A DNA stretch of 62,048 bases, counting the filler, from Sphacelaria rigidula (Eukaryota): assembly GCA_964200075.2 (NCBI GenBank). It is 8 parts of 8 records of this genome, joined end to end, with 100 filler letters (N's around TTAATTAATTAA, not from the genome) between each part and the next. Parts side by side here need not be neighbours in the genome. Positions count along the whole stretch, not along the records: positions 46,613 to 54,280 come from CAXNAA020013861.1; positions 54,381 to 62,048 come from CAXNAA020013862.1; 6 more parts are not named here. One strand, 5' to 3'. The notes under the pieces were generated by a model. The model ran no database searches, was not told where the DNA came from, and was given only the letters and a program-made list of their open reading frames with translations. Position numbers and translations under genes: made by a program. Below are positions 52,371-62,048 of the stretch, in pieces. The number at the start of each line of letters is the position of its first letter. Position 1 is the stretch's first letter.

Positions 52371-52999
52371 ATCTTAGTCCGTGTCCTATCAAATTGTTTT
52401 CGTGTCGGAAACGTGCGGTCGAATCGAATTCGCTCGTTTCTGATTCGTCCACGCTATTTATTTTTTCAGTTTGTTGATAACATGAATAGTGCCGTGGACG
52501 TATTAGGTACGAGAAAAATCGACTCCGCCGTACGTTTTCGAGTCGGAAAAACGATTTGATAAGACACGGCCTTCGTCCATCGTAGTTTAGTTTGACGATG
52601 GTTGAAATCACGAGCTATCAGATCGGAACGTTTGTTTCCCACCGCACTTTTTCGATCGAAAAAAAATCATGTGTCAAGACACGGCCGAAGACACGCCCTG
52701 ATACTGCGAAAGTCAACGTAAAACGGATGCCACCATTCGTGGGCTGTTGGGCTCATCATGGGGCCTAGACACGAACCATAGGTGCACACTTATCTCCTTG
52801 GCGTATGACGCGCTGGTCTCGCCGTGTGTGGTCACGTCGTGACGTTCTCATAAGCAACCGTTTATTTTGTGTGCCTTCGATGATGGTAATCGCGGGTGAT
52901 CTATCGTGAATTTGAAGTTGTGAGCAGTCGCAATCTTTCTCATAAGCATGTTTTCCCCTTGCTTTTCGTCCCGATAAGACCCGACCTTAAACCTTTTCT

Positions 53000-54050
53000 T
53001 TCGAGCTGATCCAGGCTAGAAGCGGATTTGGTATTTACGGGCCCATTTGCAATTGAATACTTGAAGTTGGACCCTAAAACTTGGTATAGACAATCAATAC
53101 GGCATAAAAAAAGTATGCATGAACCGAAGATTTTTTCATGATTTAACGGCATTTTACTGAAACCTGAAAAGCGATAATTGTCTTTGACCTATCAAGAAAA
53201 AAAATTGGATCCACGCTTACCTTTTTTTATTATACCCTATTGATTGTCCATGCCAAATTTCGGGGTCCAAGTCCAAGTATTAAATCGCGGATGAGTCCTT
53301 TACACACCGGAAAGGTAGAAATTCGGAACAATATTTTGCAGACCACTTACCGGCCCCAGGCTAGGTAATTGTGTATTGAAATTTTGTGTGGGACCTCGGT
53401 AGGCCATAATGATCCAAAAAAAGGGGGAATTGTTGTCTTTTATTACTTTTTCACTTGTTCAAGATGTTTTAGTATGGTCAAAACCACATGTTCACGAGAA
53501 CGCCCATACTTCCCTCCCCAAAAAGAATGAAAGCCCATTTTTTTCTTCGGCATACCTTCGAGATTCCCATTATATGTTTCAAACTACATTTCTTGAAGTT
53601 GAGCTGAAAAAATTAGATGAGGTCCGGAGGCATTGTCGATGTTCCCTTGAAACTGCCGTAAAATATCGAAAAAAATAACAATAACGAAAAATGCAAACAA
53701 AGAAACTGTTCTCTTTTTCATTATGCAATAGCGATTCTCCTTATCAAATTTCACAGCACAACTCTCAAAAACTGAGACGCGATATCCAGATTTTGTGCAT
53801 TCAGTGCCTCTGCTGGTATTTTTTTTTATTCTAGTAGGAAACCTCATGTGCGCCATATCTCGAGATATATAACGAATTAGGCAAAAGTGAGGGTATCGAT
53901 CGTCTCCCCGTGCTCCAGGAAAGGTTCGCACCAAAAATAGTCATTATCCGCTGTATATATCAAATCATTCGGAGAGACTCTGGTGTGAACGCTATATCCG
54001 TACGGTATAGGAATTACTAGACCTGGGGTTTAATCGATGACAAAAAAAGG
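53000..54050 (+). mobile_element. Family A copy with left TIR and a nested MITE, right end lost
   Basis: Starts CGAGCTGATCCAGGCTAGAAGCGGATTTGG. 53315-54050 is collinear with 42744-43440. Confidence 0.75.
53039..53298. mobile_element. 260-bp MITE with ~80-bp TIRs (PIF/Harbinger-Tourist-like)
   Basis: GGGCCCATTTGCAATTGAATACTTGAAGTTGGACCC... pairs with ...GGGGTCCAAGTCCAAGTATTAAATCGCGGATGAGTCC. TTTAC (containing TTA) flanks both sides. Confidence 0.75.
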
Positions 54051-54380
54051 GCTCAGGAGTCATCCTACGATAGGGGGGGGGGGGGGGAATCCGGGCCACA
54101 TCTTGCACGAAGTTCCAAGTCATATCGTTGTTCAAAGCAACAACGAACAGAGGATTCTATAAAATGAGGTTCATCAATGAAATGAGGTTCGAGCTCAAAA
54201 CAGTACTTTCTCGAGTGATGCTGCGATAGGGTCTGCACTTTTGGGGCCAAAATCGGCCTGAGAGCCACGAGAGTAATGTTNNNNNNNNNNNNNNNNNNNN
54301 NNNNNNNNNNNNNNNNNNNNNNNNTTAATTAATTAANNNNNNNNNNNNNNNNNNNNNNNNNNNNNNNNNNNNNNNNNNNN

Positions 54381-57300
54381 AACCAGAGTCTTACTCGCGC
54401 TTCTTACCGGCGCCGCACACCGACAGTTGGTCACGACCACGTCTCCCGTTCTGGCAGTTCTAAGGGCAACTCCCAGCAAAGCTTGGATTCATCGCGCGCT
54501 TTTACACGCCCGAAGAACGTCGCTCATGGTCGCAAATATGACGGTATGTCACGCCACAGTTCCAATTCATCGCGCGCCTCGAAGCGCCCGGTGAATGCCA
54601 ACCGTGAACGTACTCACGAGGATGATTTGCGGGACAGATCAAGTTTTTCGCGCGTTCACACGCGCTCGAAAAACACCGATCATGCACTCACACGCACCTC
54701 TCCTGCTCCGCATCTGTCACGTCGCCGTCATGTACGCAATGATAACACTGTAAATGCTGATGATATCCACAACATATTTTCGGACATGTCACCAGCTCTG
54801 GAATCCTCAATTGAAGGGTCCGCACCTCATCGTAAAACCGACGACCCCGCACTGACCGCGAACCACCGTCCCGCTCCCATGCTGCGATTATTCGTTCTCT
54901 TCAACAACGACTGACATACCTAGAGCGACAACTATCGACCATGGAAACTTCTACATCCGCTGCCAATATCGCCATGCTCGCCACGGAGCCCACTCGCGTT
55001 TCTGCAGCTACTGCTGCCGTACCACCTGCCGCCGCCGCAGCCGCTACCTTGGCCGCTGCGCCTTCAGCCGCCCCCGCGACGACGACCTCCCTCAACCACC
55101 GCCGCCACGTCAACGGCTGACGCGGACGCCGACAGTGGTCCAACCACAGGCCCGGTCAACGATGCCCGCGTGCGCTCGCCCCAATCCGTGGAGGATCTCC
55201 CTCCGCTCGGCGACGAGCGCTGGCTGACTGGCCTCATCCTGAGGCCCTTTCGGAACCGCCCCCGCGCGGAGGAGCTAGAGCTTAGCAGGGATTACGCCAC
55301 ACATGCTCCGGCACTGGCTAACGACGTCTTGGAGCAGCAGAGAGAGGCCGACACTGCTGCGGCACGCGTCTTTGCCGAAGAACATACCTCAAAGCATGAA
55401 CACGCATTACAGGAAGGCCGCACTGCTGCGTTGGCGGCCCAGCAACGCGTTAAAGATCTCGAGGAGCATATCCGCTGCACTGCTCAAGACGCGGCCACGT
55501 CGGAAGCCCGTCTCTCCAACCATCCGGTCTTTCCGCCGTCCATCGCCAACACGCCCGGTGGTCGCGCCCCTCGCCAGCCACCAACCAACATGTCTAACTA
55601 CGTAATACCACGTAAGTTCGACAATACGTCGTATGCTGCGGTCGCTGCCGCCCCCACGGCGACTCCAACACCGCCACCTCGTGCAGCTAGCTCGGCGGCG
55701 AATATCGTTCCTGCCCGAGACTTGCAAGTGGCGCGCCACGAACGAGAGTGGCTTTCTCGTTCCGTGGCCGCCCATACCATTCCCTTCCATCGCAGCAACC
55801 ACCTTCATTGCTCCCGCGACGCATGGGTCCTTATCTCGCAGCGAATGTTTCATGTCGTGGGCGTTTACGTGGACCAGGGCGGCACCTTCCCTAAAGATGG
55901 CGTATCAGTGCTCTCACCTTGGGCCAACTGGTCCTTCAGACGACCATCGTTGATCACCCGGACCACAAGACTTACGTTAATGCTGTCATCATACGTTTTG
56001 CGACGCTCCGCGCTGCCTACAACACTCATCCCGGCGCCACCATCCCCGACGGAGACGAAGATGAAGATGGGTGGACTCCCGCAACCTCCAATTGCCGGGG
56101 CCAGAAAAAAAACACCGGCGAGATGACGACGACAACGATGGCGAAACTCCACGCCGCCGCCATGGCGGTGGAGGATCTTATTCGGGCGGTTCCGGACCGA
56201 ACCGCCCGCCTCGCCAACCGCACCGCAAGAAATCCGGAGGTAACTCTTCCGGTTCTTCCGCGACTGGCTGGAACCGGTCTAGTTCAGACCTTCCCCCCTC
56301 GGATCCGGCGACCCCCAAGCAAGTGATTCTAAAATTGGCTGATGTGTCGGCCCGCATTTTAGGTTTACCCGATACGGACACACCTGACCGTCCTTTGTCT
56401 TCTTCTGCAGCCCGCGCCCTAGCAACCGCTGCGGCTAATAAAGAAAGTTCCGAAGCTAGCAAAAAAGCAGCTTCCGATAGCGCTGAGCCTGCCCGAGTAG
56501 CTGCAATACAGAGACAGTATGTTCAGATGGATGTGAAAAAACTCTGGCACATCAAAACCATGCCTGCTTCGGATAACGAAGATTCGGGCCAGTTTACTTC
56601 TGCCCTTATCACGTCCATCCGCCGTACTGTTTGTAACACCCTTCACTTGGCGGATGCGTCTGGCACACAACGTTTCGAAGATTCCGACTGGGTAGAGGGC
56701 TGGCAGACTCCCTTGAACAAAGCAATGAATCGATCCATCAGCGGCCACTCTCCCGACCTCGCTGCTTCTTGAACGCAGGTTCTCGACGGATTCCTCGCCG
56801 AGATGAATCCGGACCGTGCCAAGGGGAAGGCAGGCCCAACATTACTCTCTGATTTGGAGAGGCGTTTAATTGGTTACCTCGACAAAAGTGACCAGACCAG
56901 CGCCATCCAGAGGCTGAGTTCTTTTGTCGTCGCATCTGATGTCCCCTCCGCGGATTGTCTCCGCGAATTTAAGCTGTTGGTTTCGAGTACGACGGGTGTC
57001 GGACGCCTGAACGGACCGAGCGATGCAATGTGTCAGACTTACGTTCGCAATGACGTTGCTCGACAGTATCCGGCTCTGATGCCGTCGTTGTTTCCGCGTG
57101 TCCTGGCGCATCGCGAGGTGCCCTTACGCCTCCGTTGATACTATGTGGTCTGCTTTTGTACACCAAGAGGGTAATCTAACGCCCGCCATACGTGGCAACC
57201 CTTCTACGTCTGTGCGTTCACAACCTACGGTTGTGTCCTCCGCCCGTGCCCAAGGGGCTCGCGGCAGGAATTCGAGTTCGTCTCGCGCTTCATGGACCCC

Positions 57301-60300
57301 CGACTCGGTCGCCGGTTCAGTTATGCATGTTCAGAGTACCAGAGATGCATTTAGCGCGAGTTTTGACGGTTGGTCGTTTTCCGAGAAGGCTTGGGATGAT
57401 ATTTATTTGACATCAACAACGGCATTCATTACCGATGACCCCCACTTGTGGAACCCACTTCTTTCGTCTTCCGCTAGACGCAATGCCTTCAGCAGTCATG
57501 CCAACAGTTGCATCAGCTGTAGTGTTCAAGGCCACAGCATGCGCGACTGCGACAGTCCATGCATCATTGCCTTTGATCTTATGAACCCCGAATTGCAGGA
57601 CAATGAGCCCGCGTGGCGCCGATGGCAAAAACGCATGCGCGACTACCGCCCGCCTAATCGAAATTACCGTAAGAATTCGAACCAACGTGGCAACAAAAGC
57701 TCTAATCACGGTCGCCGACAAAGCAACAATCACGGAAGCCCTCGCCAGAACGATCAAAATTCTCGCGACATCAAACGTTCCGCTGATGGACACCAGCGGA
57801 CGGGACCGACACAAAGCTCTAATCCCAACACCAGAAACCCTGGTACCTTCACTACGGATCGCTTAGAGCCATGACGTGCCGACGCCGGCATTCTTCGGTC
57901 TTCCACGCCGCCGATAGCACGAGCCAAGACTTTCTCAACACAGCTCGGCGAGTCCGTGTCTAAAATTGCTCACTCGACTCCCCCGGCACTATCCAGGAGC
58001 GGAACTGACGGCCGTTCAAATCGACCCCCGTCTCCAACCTCCACACAATTTTCAACACAGCCCGCAGAGCCCGCGACTGAGATTGTTCGCCCGGTTCCCC
58101 CTGCACTATGCAGGAGCGCAACTGACGGCCGTTCATATCGACCCCCGTCTTCACCCCCCCACACACCGCGTAACAGTTGAGTCACCCCGCGACTCAGACC
58201 GCCTTTGAACTTCGTCCTTCAGTGCCGAGGGTAAGCCGGAGGTGTGGGAAGACCAACCGCCAGCCCCTGAGGCAAAGGCTTCCGTCAGCAACCGCACGCG
58301 CAGGTAGCAGCAAGCCTTTTTCAGCTGACCCAAGTGTTGCTGATTTGAACTTGACCGCATCGGATCATGTAATTCCCAATCAGTTGGATCGAGCTCCTTC
58401 CCCGCGATTTTCAAGACGCACGGACCTAACTTCGGCTGGTTCTAACAACAACCGCCCCAACATATCTCCGGCTATGACCCAGCAGCCAAGCTTGCCTACG
58501 GAAAGCAGCCCACAAGTTTCGCTCCGTCATGCCCCGATGCTGACTCCATCCACGCAACTGGACGCAGTTGTGGTTTCATCCCAAAATATTTTGGAAGTTC
58601 CCCGACCTTTGTCACGGCGAAAGAGAAAGCCCCGTAAGCATGCAACCAAGGACGCGCGCGCATCATCACTTACACCTCTTTCGAGCGGAAATCCTCGACC
58701 TCAATTTCTCCAAAATGCGACGCCTTTGAGTTCGACGGCTCTATCAAGTATCCCGGAAGAAACAAAGTCATATAATTCTGACGGCACTACTTCCTCAATC
58801 GACGACTCCAGACCCGCACGTTCTGGATCTCCCTCAGGAGGTGATCCCTGTCAACCCAAGACGATCATTTACAAAATCGCCAATAGTCACTCTGACCGTG
58901 CCACACCTGGAAAAAATATACCGTCCACCCCCTTCTCTGGTGAGACATCTGACCCACCGGCGGATCACCCGCCGTGAATTTTTGCTGTCAGCCCCACTCA
59001 TCCTGACCAGCTTACCTTGCCGGAACACGGTCCGGATCTTGTCGGCGGTAAAGTGTCTGTAGATCCGGCCACTTTCACTACTCGCGTTGCGATCCATTCC
59101 GGTCCAAACGCTATCATGCCTACGAAATGCGTATCCTTGTTGGACAGCGGCAGCCCGCAAACGTTTATTCGAGAATCATCATGGAAACACATGAAACAGA
59201 CTGGCACTGCTACTGCAGCTTGCGAAACCACCACCAAACCTCGCGTGTGGGGCGGTTTCGGTGATTCTGCCGCACCACTGACGACACGTAAATCCGTACG
59301 TCTCAGTGTACAATTCTTTCACAACACCACTCGATCTGCGAGCCTGGCAGTCTGGGCATACATTGTCCCCGACAGCACCATGAATCACGCCATATTATTG
59401 GGCAGAGATAGCTATATGCGGTGTAATATACGCACCTACCGCACACTCCCACCACCAACGCCACATTCCACGCCGCGTGGAAAATTCAACCTCGAGTACT
59501 TCGGTACTCTCACGGCGCCCTGGCGTATCAAGAGAATCCTCAAGCAACCGGAGCTGCTTACCACCAACGATATAACGGCAGCGTCGGTATTACACTCTCC
59601 GACGACCCCCAACTCCTTGAAGTCGCACTAGTTCACCGAAATGGCATGCCAGCACTTACGGGCCATTATTTTGCCGAAATGTTACCCCGTATTGGTACAC
59701 CAGCCGACACAAAACATTTTGTGTCGGCGGGACATCAACTCCTCCCTCTTACGGGTCATGCTAAGTTGGAACTGGGCGATGTTTCAGGAATCGCCGGTGC
59801 TCCCCTGATGCACATCCCACTCGAGACGTGCGTAACAGAGCCTGCCGCGCCAAACGCCACATCTCCGGCAGAGTCAGTCCATTGTGTCGATGAATCTTAT
59901 CTCGACCTCGCGTCTGCGACTCCACCCCAGGTCTACACCGTGGATCCTGCCCAGTCAAATTCTGATCCTCCTGCTGAAGTGCTTCAACGCTTATCACCGG
60001 ATTCTCGGAATAGTTTCTTGCACATGTGGAACCAACTGCCGCCACACATGCGCGACATCAATTTTGACCTTCATGGGCCTGGCTGGGAACCAGCAGTCAT
60101 CCGAGAACTCAGTGATGTCCTGCTACAGTACCAAGGCCGATTTCCCGATCCAAGACGGATCTTGGGGATTGCAAAACACTGCCCTTTGAGGTCACCCTCC
60201 AACCCGGTGTCTCGCCGATTTCTTCTCGGCCATACCAAACAAACCCAATCCTTACCAAGAAAGTAAACACCATCTTAGATGCGTATTTGGGAGCGGAACT

Positions 60301-61326
60301 AATACAACATTCCTCGTCCCCTTGGGCCTCGTCCCTCATGGTAGTTCCCAAAAGGATGGAAACACGCGCATAACCGTGAATTATCAACGGTTAAACCGCG
60401 TCACCGTAGTCGGTAAACTTCCAATTCCCCGCATTGATGAAGTCTTCGACTCCTTAGGCGAAGGCAAAATATTCAGCAGCCTCGATCTCGCTTCTGGATT
60501 TCTTCAGAATGCTATACACCCTGACACAGTCCCACTGACGTCCTTTTCTACCTCGTCCGGACTCTGTGAGTGGCTTCGGATGCCACAGGGCGCCGCCACT
60601 GCCCCGGGATGCTTTCAACGGATAATGCAACGCGTCACCGAGGGCCTCGAGCAAATCACCATGTACCTGGATGACGCTATCGCTTTCGATGCCTCACCTA
60701 TTGCACATATACGCACTTTACGAGAATTACTCTTTCGCCTACGCACGCACGATTTGAAACTTTCTCCATCCAAAGCTCGCCTTAGTGGGACTGACTTGGA
60801 TTTCGTGGGGCATTTCATTTCGCCAGCAGGCCTGCATCCGGATACAAACAAAGTCAAGGCGGTGACTGATTCGCCAATGCCAACTAACATTTCTCAACTT
60901 CGCTCATTGTTGGGCGGGCTATCCTACGACCGCAATTTTCTGCCGAATTTGTCTAAACGGATTCGCTACCCTACTGAGTTACTCAAGAAAGGAGCCGTGT
61001 TTCTCTTCACAACCGAGATGGAGAATATCACCCGCGAATTAGTCAAGACGCTTACCGAAAAGCCCGTTCTCTGCTTTCTTGATTGGGAGGCAGTACAGAA
61101 ACACTGACGCCAGCACAAACGGATTTGGAGGAGTTTTGAATCAACCTCAGGTTGATGGCTCCGTCCGACCCATCCTCTACATCAGCCGCGCTACCCTGCC
61201 CAACGAGGCCAATTGGAGGCCGCTAAAACTGGAAGGCGGAGTAATCACTTGAGCCATTAAGCACCTTCGACAATATCTGTTTCACGTGCCGTTCGAGATC
61301 TATACAGATCACGGAGCACTCAAACC
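54381..61326 (+). mobile_element. Ty3/gypsy LTR retrotransposon, degenerate, truncated after RNase H
   Basis: Long broken gag-like region with Zn knuckle CISCSVQGHSMRDC (~57509-57550), protease LLDSGS...ILLGRD (59130-59410), RT (SPWAS, RITVNYQRLN, LDLASGF, RMPQG, YLDD), RNase H (TDAS..GFGGVL, RPILYISR, FEIYTDH). PR-RT-RH order is gypsy. The 5' boundary is uncertain. Confidence 0.92.
57978..58165. repeat. Two ~70-bp direct repeats (period ~117) inside the gypsy gag-pol spacer
   Basis: CCCCCGGCACTATCCAGGAGCGGAACTGACGGCCGTTCAAATCGACCCCCGTCT repeated with few changes. Confidence 0.85.
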
Positions 61327-62048
61327 TGAGGGAAGGTGGCCGCTTCGGGTCCAGTTAAACATCCGAGAATATCATCGAACAGCAACACCGAACGTTTCGG
61401 GAATCGGCATCACGCAGTCCTTGAAGAACGGAATAGTAATCGACAAGTTACCGTTTGTATTTGAAACCAATGCACATGGAACGCTTTGTAGATTGGAAAA
61501 CACGGATTTTGACGGAAATACACTTCTCCGGACCCCTATTTCTGTTGTATAAGCCTGTCAAAAGTCTTTCCTCGTTCATCAATGCCTGGCTGGAGGACAG
61601 GGAAGCTGTCCCCCCTCAGGATTTGAGAGCCGCTTGCATTGTGTTGATGCAGTTTATAAAATTCAAACTCTCTAGCTTCCACAGATGTTGCGACTTCGGT
61701 GCAGTTTGTCACCGTGACCACCTCTGAGCAGACGGGAGTACGGAGAGCAACAAAATGTATCTATGATCCGGTTTGCCTGTCGTACTACCGACAGCGTCGC
61801 GTGAAAGCCTCAAGACCCTTGCTGTCGGCGGTTGATGGCGTGGATCTCGAATACAACGGCATGCGGTTAACAACAAATTGTGCGAATTGAGGTTTAACTC
61901 CGAGATGAGGTTCAAGCCTAAAACAAACAGTGTTTTCGTGAGTTCGAGAGTAAATGATACAATTGAGAGTGAAAAGCGGTCAATCAGTGAATTAATCGTT
62001 TCAGTTCCGAAATGCACTTCAACGAGGCCCAACATGTTTTCTGCAATA

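Overview
Eukaryotic, repeat-rich DNA. The intron/exon style, roughly 50% GC, TTAGGG tracts and TE repertoire suggest a brown alga or related stramenopile (inference, not verified). The window is not one locus. It consists of eight contigs of almost identical, descending length (4x7669 and 4x7668 bp) joined by identical artificial 100-nt N44-TTAATTAATTAA-N44 linkers, so nothing should be linked across a gap. Main contents: (i) one intact 17-exon, 792-codon internal part of a minus-strand gene (38389->31663) encoding a post-NACHT helical region (NPHP3/TEP1/NWD-like) followed by coiled coil, with a GC-AG intron; (ii) an isolated villin/gelsolin first exon and a probable first exon of a secreted protein; (iii) decayed Ty1/copia and Ty3/gypsy retrotransposons and two RTE-type LINE 3' fragments; (iv) two tRNA-derived SINE families; (v) several non-autonomous DNA transposons/MITEs, three of them nested with readable target-site duplications. 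I found no clearly new biological system. The best candidate for something undescribed is a dispersed ~170-bp repeat ending in telomeric TTAGGG units. Two copies form an inverted pair around a decayed fucosyltransferase-like exon, which could be a gene-capturing element with telomere-like ends. All assignments were made by eye, without database searches.
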